A DNA stretch of 32,680 nucleotides from Octopus bimaculoides (GCF_001194135.2 NC_068983.1:18076202-18108881), one strand, 5' to 3'; counted from the first letter of the stretch, positions 1-12,236 are shown. Made by a program: numbers and translations. The notes: a model not told the origin generated them from the letters alone.

Positions 1-33
<33 letters not shown>

Positions 34-799
34 CACTCAAGCACACAAACACGCACATATCTAGAAACACTAAGATATTCACATGCATATGATGCGAATA
101 TGTGTGGCTTACCCAGAAGATTCACAAACATTATTGAAGTCTGTACGGAGACAGATATATGTGTACATACATGCCTATATACATTCATACATACATTCTT
201 ACATACATTCATACACACATCCATGCATGCATACATTCAAACGTGCATACATAGTACATATATATACAACGCACACAATTACTATTTATATGGAGATAAA
301 GATAAAAATACTAAATTAAAGATGGAGGAATAAAGAAAGTAAACACGAATGGTCTGTTCCCCTATGGAATCTGCTGCTGTCGATGTGTGTTTTCATAGAG
401 AAGTATACGTCACGCAGCAAGTAGTAACGTCACTAGTACCGGCGTTGGTTTGTTATCTTTCACGCTCTTCTTTTGTGGCTTCACTTGTATAGATTCGTAA
501 TGATACATCGTCCATAGCATTCAGTACCTCAACTTCTTTACTTGCAGACTTGTCTGAAGCATTTCCTTATATCTATACAAGTTAATACTGCTATGCTTGA
601 ATGCTCAATGCATATAGAATATGAATATGTACACACGTACTCACACACATACACACACGCACACACATGTGCACATACATGCATGTACACACACATACAC
701 ATACATGCGTGTTTGTGTGGCAGTTGTTTGGGTGTGTGCGAAAAGATACCAAAGACGCGTAAGGTATTGTATACAGCATTAAATCTAAGGAAAAAATTT

Positions 800-1227
800 A
801 TTCGAAACTATTATATTTCAATGAGAAAACAACTGATGCATTCGTTGAATATACACTTGGCACATTCTGGATTCTCCCTGAGTATAGCCCTAACAAAAGG
901 CAGAACAAGTCAGAACAACATCTTATGCACATTGCCTAACTGCCTGATCAAATGGGATAACACATGTGTCCGCAGTCTTACGTGATGTGCAGTAAAAGTA
1001 TTGAACTCTACATCGGAAGTACCATGAAGCAAGTTCATATACAATATGCTTAAGTTAATACTTCTTGCGTCATAAAACAATTAAGGAACTTTCTCCCACA
1101 AGGCTTCCAAATTTCGATTGAAGCTACAGAAAGAAACATAGGCAAGTTGAGAATAAAGAAAGGTTTTTCTATCAATAGGTACTGCCCACAAATAAATAGC
1201 AGATCACAGCTGCACGCAGGCGATTGA
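800..1227 (+). mobile_element. Decayed Penelope-like element, C-terminal Cys motif plus GIY-YIG endonuclease relic
   Basis: Manual translation across a frameshift and an internal stop gives CTLPNCLIKWDNTC, then YVMCSKSIELYIGSTMKQVH, then GFQISIEA and KLRIKKGFSINRYCPQINSR. This follows the PLE GIY-YIG pattern (Y-x-C...YIGxT...LxIxExxxI...PxIN). A hammerhead-like motif follows about 80 nt after the stop. Confidence 0.6.
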
Positions 1228-1309
1228 CTACCGTAGCAATGTAAACAACTCTTCATACACACATTCTGCAGAGTAGTGATGTCAGAGAGACGTCACCTTC
1301 TCTACGTAG

Positions 1310-1349
1310 ATTTCTTGAAAAAAGAGTCCTAGCCATGAAATATAGAAAT
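1310..1349 (+). ncRNA. Minimal type-I hammerhead ribozyme-like relic
   Basis: ATTTC-TTGAAAA-[15 nt]-GAAA-TATA-GAAAT. Stem I is a perfect 5 bp (ATTTC/GAAAT), stem III is a loopless palindrome (ATAT) and the cleavage triplet would be AUA. Stem II pairs only 3 of 6 positions. Confidence 0.4.
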
Positions 1350-1454
1350 ATGAGGTAATACCAGTACTAACCATCGACCTGCATATTTCACTTTTAACAC
1401 TTATTGCTTTGACTTTACACACACACGCACACATACACACACAGATATATATAG

Positions 1455-1518
1455 CGATAGATAGATAGATAGACAAATAGATAGTTAGATAAATAGATAG
1501 ATAGATAGACAGACAGAC

Positions 1519-1549
<31 letters not shown>

Positions 1550-1575
1550 GAGATAGATAGATAAATAGATAGATG
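1455..1575. repeat. (GATA)n/(GACA)n microsatellite
   Basis: Direct reading of tandem units. Confidence 0.95.
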
Positions 1576-1981
1576 TGTGTGTATGAGTGTACGAGTCAAA
1601 AACTCACAAAATATTTGCATAAACATAGGCAATATATTCCGAATATACAAAACTCTAACAAATGTTTGCGTGAAAACATTAGTGTATATTTCGATTTTGT
1701 AATAATCTTAAGTTTTATACGAAAATTTATGTGTGGTTGTTCAATATTTTAAAATTGATAGAAGGGCAGGGCAGGTGTAAAACTATGTAGGCATTCATCA
1801 TAAACCATTCAACGTAAGGTGTTCTATTTTGATATTATTTTATAGACTTACACATTTGTCTGCTTATCTGTTGGATAGGAAATCTTACAACAACAACAGG
1901 TCGGGGATTACATCTTTCATTTTTGTAATGCATTTCCACGTATTAGAAAAGAAAACATCTTAGAATTTGTACACATTCTTA

Positions 1982-2142
1982 TATGTATGTATGTATGTAT
2001 GTATGTGTGTATGTATGTATGTATGTATGTACGTATGCATGTATATATGAATCTATGTATGTTCTATACTTGTTCATACACGAATATATATATGTACATA
2101 CATACACACACACACGCACACACAATTACAAACACATGTGTG

Positions 2143-2179
<37 letters not shown>

Positions 2180-2181
2180 GC

Positions 2182-2218
<37 letters not shown>

Positions 2219-2352
2219 CGTGTGTGTGCCTATTTATGTATATTTAATTCCTACCTATTTTTTTATCAAAATATATATACCTCATATATGCTAATAAATA
2301 GTTGTGCGTACATTCAAATACATACACTAATACACATATACACACACACACA

Positions 2353-2387
<35 letters not shown>

Positions 2388-2400
2388 GCGTGCATATATT
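1982..2400. repeat. Compound (GTAT)n/(AT)n/(AC)n microsatellite cluster
   Basis: Direct reading; accounts for the YI/HT/VC-rich ORFs here. Confidence 0.95.
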
Positions 2401-2710
2401 CGTGCGTGTGTTAATGTTTTGCACTGAAAAAAAAAAGCATTGACGGAAAAAATGAAAATATAAACCTATGTAAAGTAAATGTGAAGTAATTCGTGTGAAA
2501 AAATATATATAAATATATATAAAGCTGAACACCTTCCTTTGATAACTCTATACAAAATTTCAACCTATGAATAGATTGCGGAAACGTCATTTTCAGAGTT
2601 AGTATATTTTAGATGCTATGAAAGCCATCTCCAAACCACTCCATTCATCGCTGTGATACCTCTTGAAGAAAAATCCACTTACTCTTACAAGAGTAACAAC
2701 AACAAAAAAT

Positions 2711-2782
<72 letters not shown>

Positions 2783-2885
2783 AGTTCCTGCTGCTGCAGC
2801 TTCTGCTGCAACGGCTGCTGCAGCTACGGACTGCTTCTGCTACGGCTGCTGCTACAGCTGTTGCTGTTGGTGCTGTTTCTGATGT
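2711..2885. repeat. (TAC)n array followed by degenerate (GCT)n
   Basis: Direct reading; source of the poly-L, poly-Y and poly-S ORFs. Confidence 0.95.
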
Positions 2886-4361
2886 GGCACTTGACATGAA
2901 TAACTTTTTTTATATGTGTATTCCCATAGAAAATTTAAGAGAAATGAGGGGGAATATATGTAAGAGATAAGAAAAAGAATTACCAAAAATGTTCATACTG
3001 AAGTTTTTAGCTCTGGGTAGTTATTATTTGTATTAATATATATTTGTGGGTTTCTTTTTGGTACTTAGGAAGCTCATGTATGTATATTTATTTGTAGCTA
3101 CTATTCTTTCTCTGTTTTTTTAAAAATTCTATCTTCGTACATAGAAGAGATTTTACGTTTGACGTAAACTTCAAGAATAAAGAAATCGATTAGTTGACAT
3201 GTTGTGTCATCAAAAATTCAATGGCTGCAAAGATGGATTAATAGCTGGTCTTAAAATTTTAGAAAATTTCATTCAACCGAAAAAATTGAGTCTATTAATG
3301 TCATGAAAATTCCATGGATACAATTTATATGATATATCAAATCCACATAAAAAATTAAGCGCAATTTGTCAGTGAGTTTATATATAGAATGACAAAAGCA
3401 ACAAAAAAACATAGATTGATATAAGAATGAGTAATCCATACAGAGGTTGAATGCATGCAATCTTTAGCAAATCGTTGATTTATCATGCATAATGCCGTTA
3501 CAAGATTTTCTGGTGCGGATTTTCAGGAAACGATATTGGTAACGGATTAAATGTTTCGTAGTTCCAGTTTCGTTCTCATCAGTTCAAGTAGCATTCGACT
3601 TTTTTACTCCTTACAACATTAAGGAAATATATCTCTGGTTTAAATTCATTCTAAATATGTGTAAATTCATTCTAAATATGTGTATAGAATTAAGTGTAAT
3701 CAAGCATACTTAAAGCAGAGGATGCGAATCCTTTTAAAGAATCGATTTTTACAGACGCATTGGGAAGAACATTTAACGGCGTGAATGCCAGTTCTTCTGA
3801 AGAACGGTAAAATAGATAACTTACCAATTTATACTGGTCCAAAAATAAACGGAAATATCAACGAGGGAATGGTGACAATCCCTAACACGTTCTGCTGTTA
3901 TTAGATCTTCTCAAAGTAGTACCACCTGATTCTCCATATTAATTATGATGATCTGAACCTCACTATAGGTTTTCCATGCAAAAGAAAGTGTGATTGTATG
4001 CATTTAATTGTCATTCCACACGAGAAGATAATATCAAGGAAGATTATCAAGAAAACCAGTGCTAGGCTATGAGGCAATTTTTTAATGAATACACAAAAAT
4101 ATTGTTTCGAAATAAAGAAATTATTCCATCTACTTATAAAAGGTCAACGTCAACTAGAATCATGACTACAAAACGCATATAATCCATAAGTTCCTTTAAT
4201 TCCTACATATGTTTAAAAAATTATATGCACTCTACTCCAAAGAAGTAAGTTATGCTGGTATACATATAATTTCATCATCAGCGAACCATATTACAAATGC
4301 AAGACTTGCGCTGAATGCTAAGGTTACCCCGCCCCCACATATATATATATATATATATATA

Positions 4362-5324
4362 NNNNNNNNNNNNNNNNNNNNNNNNNNNNNNNNNNNNNNN
4401 NNNNNNNNNNNNNNNNNNNNNNNNNNNNNNNNNNNNNNNNNNNNNNNNNNNNNNNNNNNNNNNNNNNNNNNNNNNNNNNNNNNNNNNNNNNNNNNNNNNN
4501 NNNNNNNNNNNNNNNNNNNNNNNNNNNNNNNNNNNNNNNNNNNNNNNNNNNNNNNNNNNNNNNNNNNNNNNNNNNNNNNNNNNNNNNNNNNNNNNNNNNN
4601 NNNNNNNNNNNNNNNNNNNNNNNNNNNNNNNNNNNNNNNNNNNNNNNNNNNNNNNNNNNNNNNNNNNNNNNNNNNNNNNNNNNNNNNNNNNNNNNNNNNN
4701 NNNNNNNNNNNNNNNNNNNNNNNNNNNNNNNNNNNNNNNNNNNNNNNNNNNNNNNNNNNNNNNNNNNNNNNNNNNNNNNNNNNNNNNNNNNNNNNNNNNN
4801 NNNNNNNNNNNNNNNNNNNNNNNNNNNNNNNNNNNNNNNNNNNNNNNNNNNNNNNNNNNNNNNNNNNNNNNNNNNNNNNNNNNNNNNNNNNNNNNNNNNN
4901 NNNNNNNNNNNNNNNNNNNNNNNNNNNNNNNNNNNNNNNNNNNNNNNNNNNNNNNNNNNNNNNNNNNNNNNNNNNNNNNNNNNNNNNNNNNNNNNNNNNN
5001 NNNNNNNNNNNNNNNNNNNNNNNNNNNNNNNNNNNNNNNNNNNNNNNNNNNNNNNNNNNNNNNNNNNNNNNNNNNNNNNNNNNNNNNNNNNNNNNNNNNN
5101 NNNNNNNNNNNNNNNNNNNNNNNNNNNNNNNNNNNNNNNNNNNNNNNNNNNNNNNNNNNNNNNNNNNNNNNNNNNNNNNNNNNNNNNNNNNNNNNNNNNN
5201 NNNNNNNNNNNNNNNNNNNNNNNNNNNNNNNNNNNNNNNNNNNNNNNNNNNNNNNNNNNNNNNNNNNNNNNNNNNNNNNNNNNNNNNNNNNNNNNNNNNN
5301 NNNNNNNNNNNNNNNNNNNNNNNN
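4362..5324. other. Assembly gap (others at 8011-8020, 10287-10296, 11784-12204, 21789-21832, 26614-27375)
   Basis: Runs of N, mostly flanked by microsatellites. Confidence 1.
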
Positions 5325-6101
5325 TGAAAGGTACAATGAATAAACGTTCCAATTGGTCAAAACAATTTTATATCATTCCGAAATTATCAAAAATCGAATA
5401 TAAATATATATTAAAATAATAGAGCACCCAATGATAAAACCCAGCAGTATAGAATATGCACGTATATACTAATAAAAGGTGATAAAACCTAAAAGGGTAA
5501 TATGAGTGAAGTCGAATGAAGAAAAATATATGGAATAAATTAATTCATGATAAAGCCGACTAAAAATTTAATGGTGATGTTGCTAATACGCGTGAGGATG
5601 CTAATACAAGTGTGCATGCGTTGTGTGTGTCTGAGAGAATTTGTCTGTCTGAGTTGTATGTGTATGTGCGTGTGTTTTTGTGCATGTCTGTTTGTTAGTA
5701 TGTCTGTGTGCGTGTCTGTGTATGTGTGTGTTGGTGGCGTGTAGAGAAGGGAGTCGTGTGTAGATAAGGAAAAGAGACAACCACAAAAATTCTTTAAGAT
5801 ATGACTGAGACAAATTACAAAAGCATTGTGTTTGAAAGCAATCCAGAGATAAATTTATTGAAGGCTCAACACAGATAGAAAGGGAACAGTCATTCACCGC
5901 TAAGAAAACCCACAAAATTGAAAGTTGCAAGAGAAGACTAGTTATCTCGGTGAAGTTGGAAATTGCTATCGTGATAATCTTAATGGATCCATTCCTATGA
6001 AAATTGGAATAAAATGAAAGTATCCCTGTATGAATGTATGTATGTATGTATATATGTATGTATGTATGTATGTATACATATACATACACACACACAGATA
6101 A

Positions 6102-6380
6102 TTGCATATGTATAAATATATATGTATATTTCTACGTGTGTGTGAGTATGTGTGTGTGTGTATGCATAAGATCTCATCTGTTAGATTCGTTGAATGACGT
6201 AGTAAACAACATAAGCCGCTGATTCTGCAGTAATACTCACCGCCGACAAAACCATATTTTCTGAAGCAGCTGAATATCACAATGAAATCCTGACAACCAC
6301 AGTGTTTACCTATGATAGGTTTCATAAAACAAAAGCACCCAAACTGATTAAAACAGGAAAAGTTCCCGTTTAAGCAGTTT
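6102..6380 (+). repeat. 279-bp direct repeat, copy 1 (copy 2 at 7396-7674)
   Basis: Manual comparison finds the copies identical except for one substitution (TATG versus TATA in the AT-rich start); offset 1294 bp. Confidence 0.95.
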
Positions 6381-6469
6381 CTATGCCTTTCTTTATGAAA
6401 CCTGTCATAGGTAAGCACTCTGCTTGTTAGGATTTCATTGTAGTATTCAGCTGCTTGAGAAAATAAGGT
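6251..6469. repeat. Inverted repeat with 78-bp arms (6251-6328 and 6392-6469) and a 63-nt spacer
   Basis: Ungapped manual alignment of arm 1 to the reverse complement of arm 2 gives 69/78 matches. Confidence 0.92.
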
Positions 6470-7395
6470 AATCCGTTACATTGCACTAAGAAACATACAG
6501 AAACAAAACTAACCACCAAATATCGTCTTATTGTTCATAGATACCACAAAGATTTTAGTAGAAGAATGCAAAAGTTATCCGCACTTACACGAGAAATCAA
6601 ATCTATACAAACGAAGATATAAGGAACGAAGTGTCTTAATACTCACCACTTCTAGCCTAAAGTAGTTGCTACTCCAAAAGATCTAGTCCATTTTTGTGAA
6701 GTACAAATTGTTTAAGAAAAGGAAAAGACTCAATTTACAGAACAATACTCCAAGAAATCGGAAACACGAGGTAAAACCTATATTGCAGAATCAAATAAGA
6801 CGTCTGTAGTAGGAATTAAAAATAGATAAATGCCTCCATTCAAGATTATTTACAGAATAACATTGACGGGAAATATGATGAAAATATAAATAATCTTATT
6901 AACTGGACGATAATAGAGAATTTCATAATTAATACTATAGAAACGGTGTATGCACACTATGAAGTGCCTAAATAAGTACAACTTAGCAAGTATGTTTCTT
7001 TAACGTATGAGAGCAAATGATAATACGTTGTGGAAATTAGAATTTTTGTTTCAAATAGGGTCCAAATTTCAATGACAGTACAATGCAGATCTCATACTAA
7101 TTGCGAAGACGGCATAGAATTGTTAACCGTAAAAAGTAAATAATCATGCAGATAGAGTAGGAAAAAAAGAAACAAATACATAAACCTAATGGAGCAATGA
7201 TATAGAATCACATTTTAAAAGTTATTCAAACAAAGAATATAGAAACATAAAATATATGATAAGTAACAAAAGTGCAGACGTGGCTGTCTGATAAGAATCT
7301 GTGTGGTTCAGTCCCCGCCAGCCATAAAGCCAGAATGTACTTTGCCCCAAAAGCCAATATGAGAGTTTCTCTCATGATATCTACTGCTGTATGGT

Positions 7396-7674
7396 TTGCA
7401 TATGTATAAATATATATATATATTTCTACGTGTGTGTGAGTATGTGTGTGTGTGTATGCATAAGATCTCATCTGTTAGATTCGTTGAATGACGTAGTAAA
7501 CAACATAAGCCGCTGATTCTGCAGTAATACTCACCGCCGACAAAACCATATTTTCTGAAGCAGCTGAATATCACAATGAAATCCTGACAACCACAGTGTT
7601 TACCTATGATAGGTTTCATAAAACAAAAGCACCCAAACTGATTAAAACAGGAAAAGTTCCCGTTTAAGCAGTTT
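7396..7674 (+). repeat. 279-bp direct repeat, copy 2
   Basis: See copy 1. Contains the left arm and most of the spacer of the 6251-6469 inverted repeat, but not its right arm. Confidence 0.95.
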
Positions 7675-7933
7675 AAGTGGGGGATGAATAATACCTATCA
7701 GTATTTATACTAACTCTGTCGCTAATATATGCTATCTAATAACAACATAGTGAAACCGGATATATTGAGAAGCAATCGACGTATAAAAACAACGCTACCA
7801 ACGAGTTGATCAGTAGCGAAAATAGAAAAAAGCATGAATTATGGAATGAAACATGATAAAATAGACAGACGTATATAACATGAGCTCTTCTTTCTTGCCT
7901 TGTTACTGTGGAACATTGTAATGCAGCATTCAG

Positions 7934-7983
<50 letters not shown>

Positions 7984-8410
7984 ATGTGTGTGTGTGCATG
8001 TGTGTATGTGNNNNNNNNNNGTGTGTGTGTGTGTGTGTGTATGTGTGTGTGTGCATGTGTGTATGTGTGTGTGTGTGTATGTGTGTGTGTGTGCGTGTGT
8101 GTATGTGTGTGTGTGTATGTATATTCTCCACTAATATATCTAACTGTAGTAAACTATAGGACACACTGGAATTTTGTGTGCTGTATATTATATTGAATTG
8201 TGTCATACATACATACCCTAATGCTTACATCAAATGACTATTTTGAAATATCGGTTCCCAATGTAATGCATTTCTGTGTACAATATATCAATACATGAAA
8301 AAATATTACTGTACAGTAAAGTGGTAATCGATTTAAATGAACCTTACTGTGCATAAGCAAAATGGTTTGAAATATTGCTGCGCAATTTGTAGCAATATTT
8401 TATTGTAGCA

Positions 8411-8411
<1 letters not shown>

Positions 8412-8471
<60 letters not shown>

Positions 8472-8500
8472 CCTGCCGATCTATCTGTCTGTCTGTCTAT
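8412..8500. repeat. (CTAT)n microsatellite
   Basis: Direct reading. Confidence 0.95.
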
Positions 8501-9164
8501 ATATCTAGATGTTTGCGTGCATGTGAGAATATATTTATGTTTGCCTGCATTGATACAAACATGTAAGTGTATATCTATTTATACAAATACTTATACAACT
8601 TTCTATGACACTATATTATGTAAAATATCAGATTATACTAAATTTCACTACGTTGTAACACTACAAGAAAGGATTAGTTTTTCACCTTAATAATTTTCAC
8701 GCTAAAAGATCGACGGTGTAGCTAATAGGTTATTCAAAGACCAGCATTGGGAGAGTGACTTGTCTTCTCTCCCAATTTCTGCATTGCGTTTATAATAACG
8801 ATTAGGTGTTAGCTGTCCATTTGTACGGTCCATAACTATAGCTATGTACAATTGGAAAGGAGCAAGTTATCACGACACATTCGCAACATATAAAAATGTT
8901 CGACACACATTTAATTTGCATAAAGATAAACTCTGACCAAAATAGTTGAGAATACTTTAATTTGCAAATAATGCTATTGTAAACGCCCTTAAATCACATC
9001 GCTTTCGCATTGTATTATACAGTGTTAGATAAACATAACCCCTGTAACAGGTGTAGACTGTTTGATCATGAGTGGATGTGAACAACACACTGGCTACAAG
9101 TTAAGGTATAAGCTATACTTAACGTTAAAATTATATCGGTGCTTAGAGGAGCGGGCAGGTAATG

Positions 9165-9775
9165 TATTGGGTTGTCCGGAAAGTTCGTGCCGATTAATAG
9201 TAGCTTACCTTTCGAATTAATTTAGAACATGATTGAGTCCATAAAATAGGATTTGACTACACCTCCATTTAGAGCAGAGCTTAAGCTATCTTTTCGTGGA
9301 AGGTTTATATTCCTATAACCTGTATTAATTCTGTAATCCTTTAAAATGGAATATAAGAAAGTTCATTTTCGACACTTAATGCTTTTCTTTTTCCGTAGAG
9401 CGAAAAAATGTCTCACAAGAAACCAAAGAAATATGCGCAGTTTACGGTGATGTTTCTTTATCCGAAAGAACTGTACGGAAGTGGTTCGCAAGGTTCCGAG
9501 CTGGAGATTGTAGCCTTATTGATAAAGAGCGATCAGGCAGATCATGCAGTACAGATAATGAACAAATCAAGTCATTAATTGAGAATAACCCACATTGCAC
9601 AACCCGAGAATTGGCAGAAAGCCTCAACCTATCAAAATCCGTAGTTCCTGAGCACCTGGTAAAGCTTGGGTACACAAATCGCTACGATGTTTGGGTACCA
9701 CATGAGTTGAGTGAGAAGAATCTTTTGGATCGCATTTCCATCTATGATTCGCTTTATAAACGGAATGAAAACGAA
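9165..9775 (+). mobile_element. Mariner (Tc1/mariner) transposon, 5' half: left TIR plus frameshifted transposase N-terminus
   Basis: TA followed by a mariner-type end, TTGGGTTGTCCGGAAAGTTCGTGCCGA (9167). ATG at 9346 gives MEYKKVHFRHLMLF, with a frameshift near 9400-9410, then ICAVYG...SERTVRKWFARFRAGDCSLIDKERSGR...TTRELAESL...DVWVPHELSEKNLLDRISI. The catalytic DD34D region and right TIR are absent. Confidence 0.95.
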
Positions 9776-9825
9776 AGACACAAATGGAAAACAAAACAAA
9801 CATAAAGAATGGACCCTTCATCAGT

Positions 9826-10110
9826 TGTTGGATTTTTTTCTAGTCTCGACTTTCGAACATTTAACATTATACGCTTTCGATAAAACAGTTGCTCTCGCAA
9901 AGCAAATTAAATAAAATTTGGGATTTTGGGGAAGGTCAAAATTGGTAAAGCAAACAGGAAGTGTTGCTCACTGTCCTGTTTCTGTTACCAATTTTGACCC
10001 TCCGCAAAATCCTAAATTTTATTTAATTTTCTTTGCGGGAGCAACTGTTTTATTGAAAGCGTATATTATTGTTAAATACTCGAAATACGAGAGTAGAAAG
10101 ACAGCCAACA
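9826..10110. repeat. 285-bp fold-back (palindromic) element, MITE-like
   Basis: Arms 9826-9963 and 9969-10110 are reverse complements (about 85% by manual alignment, two small indels) around a 5-nt loop (TTGCT). The ends read TGTTGG...CCAACA. No target-site duplication is visible. Confidence 0.9.
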
Positions 10111-10136
10111 CACATATATATATTCATTCTTTTATT

Positions 10137-10512
10137 TTTTTATTCTTTTATCTGTTTCAGTCGTTTCACTGCGGCCCAGGGCATATATATTTTAAAGCCT
10201 AATACTCATTCTATCGTTTCTTTTGCCAAACCGCTAGGTTACGGGAATGCAAACACACCGACACCGATTGTTAAGCGGTAATAGAGNNNNNNNNNNATAT
10301 ATATATATATATACATACACGACGTGCTTCTTTCAGTTTTCGTATATCACATTTGCTCACAATACTTTGGAATGCCCAAGGTTTCATTAAAAACACTTAC
10401 CCAAGTTGTCACGAGGCTATAGTAGAAAACATTTGCAAAAGGTGCCACGCAGGAGGACTTAACTCAGAAGCATGTGGTTGCGAAGCACACTTCTTACCAC
10501 ACAGTCACGCCT
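10137..10512 (-). mobile_element. tRNA-derived SINE (family A), interrupted by a 10-N gap
   Basis: The reverse complement matches the 25175-25630 copy in head, body and GACTGAAAC...AAAAG tail. Confidence 0.8.
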
Positions 10513-10599
10513 ATTATATGTATGTATGTGTGTGTGTTTGTGTGTGTATGTGAGTGTCTGCGTGTGTGTGTTAGTGTGTGGCAATATAATTGTTTATAA

Positions 10600-10812
10600 G
10601 CTTTCCTACTATATAATTGCACAGGGTTTGCAATTTATGGGGAGGTTCTAGGTCGATTACATCCACCCCAGTGCAGAACTGGTACTTATTTTATCGACAC
10701 CGAAAGAATGAAAGGCAAAGTCGACCTCGGCGGATTTTGAGCTCAGAACGTAAAGGCGGGCAAAATACCGCATTTCGTCTAGCATGCTAACGATTGCGCC
10801 ATATCATCGCCA
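10600..10812 (-). mobile_element. SINE (family B)
   Basis: Shares TCGATTACAT...CTGGTACTTA(A/T)TTTATCGA...GAAAG...AAGTCGACCT with the copies at 14381 and 20851; a B-box-like motif lies on the minus strand. Confidence 0.8.
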
Positions 10813-11201
10813 TATAATTGTCTCTAATAAATAAATTAATAATAATGACAAATGTAGAAGAGATTCATTTTCATCCACATCAACTTATAGAATATCATAG
10901 TAAACAAAATTAGCATTCGAGAAATTTTGGAAATAACTAAGAACAAGCAAAAGGGAAAATATAAAGAAAAAAAAACAGAAGAATGCTTATATAATATTTT
11001 CATCAAAATCGACTCTTCGAATTGACGCTTCAACCATCCTGATGTGTATATGCGCGCGCGCACACACACACATACACATACACGCGCACACACATCACTA
11101 TGTATATATTGTTTGTGTGTGTGTATGTATATATATATATTGCTTGTGTGTGTGTATAGTTAAGTATATATATATATGTTTGTGTGGGTATACACATTGC
11201 T

Positions 11202-11250
<49 letters not shown>

Positions 11251-11745
11251 CCACGCACACACACAAATGCACACGCACGCACATACACACGCACGCACAC
11301 ACACAAACATGCACACGGACAAATATTTGTACGTACAAACATTCGTATTTCATTTTTATCAATCTAAGTAATCTGTATGTATTATTTTTTTAGCGTTCTC
11401 TCTCATTGAGAAACGCTTGCTTATAAGTGTTCGCATATTTGAAAATCTTTCGTAAATTTTTAACACCGATGAGAGATTAAAGAAATTGAAATGAAAAGAA
11501 TATTTAATTCAATGAAAAATACGAAGTCAAAAGAATGTGAAAAACTGACTCGAAAGGAAAATTTGGTTATGTTACATATCATGTTGTATATTATGTTATA
11601 TATTTGGTTATGTTATATATGGTATTATTAAAAAAAGCTATTTAATGCAAGATTTTGAAACAGGTGATAGTAAATTATCGCATTGATGATAAGTGAAATA
11701 CGATAAAGTGAAAAATAATCACGCCACCATGCATATTTTCCCATG

Positions 11746-11783
<38 letters not shown>

Positions 11784-12204
11784 NNNNNNNNNNNNNNNNN
11801 NNNNNNNNNNNNNNNNNNNNNNNNNNNNNNNNNNNNNNNNNNNNNNNNNNNNNNNNNNNNNNNNNNNNNNNNNNNNNNNNNNNNNNNNNNNNNNNNNNNN
11901 NNNNNNNNNNNNNNNNNNNNNNNNNNNNNNNNNNNNNNNNNNNNNNNNNNNNNNNNNNNNNNNNNNNNNNNNNNNNNNNNNNNNNNNNNNNNNNNNNNNN
12001 NNNNNNNNNNNNNNNNNNNNNNNNNNNNNNNNNNNNNNNNNNNNNNNNNNNNNNNNNNNNNNNNNNNNNNNNNNNNNNNNNNNNNNNNNNNNNNNNNNNN
12101 NNNNNNNNNNNNNNNNNNNNNNNNNNNNNNNNNNNNNNNNNNNNNNNNNNNNNNNNNNNNNNNNNNNNNNNNNNNNNNNNNNNNNNNNNNNNNNNNNNNN
12201 NNNN

Positions 12205-12236
<32 letters not shown>

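Noticed and set aside
452-565. Minus-strand peptide GNASDKSASKEVEVLNAMDDVSLRIYTSEATKEERER*
   Set aside because: Protein-like composition but a weak acceptor, no recognisable family, and the opposite strand is equally open.
83-2532. ORFs rich in YI/HT/VC/MY
   Set aside because: Translations of AT, AC and GTAT microsatellites. The same applies to the ORFs at 7900-8206, 11030-11393, 24462-24773 and 25153-25580.
2653-2970. Poly-L, poly-Y and poly-S ORFs
   Set aside because: All frames of a (TAC)n/(GCT)n array stay open; no specific coding signal.
3641-3682. 21-bp tandem duplication (also a 27-bp one at 23971-24024)
   Set aside because: Two-copy slippage duplications; not CRISPR-like, no spacers.
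4209-5360. Longest ORFs in the track (340-370 aa)
   Set aside because: Almost entirely X from the N gap; likewise 11675-12298.
7961-8070. Same GT-repeat variant on both sides of a 10-N gap
   Set aside because: Most likely overlapping contig ends, an assembly artefact.
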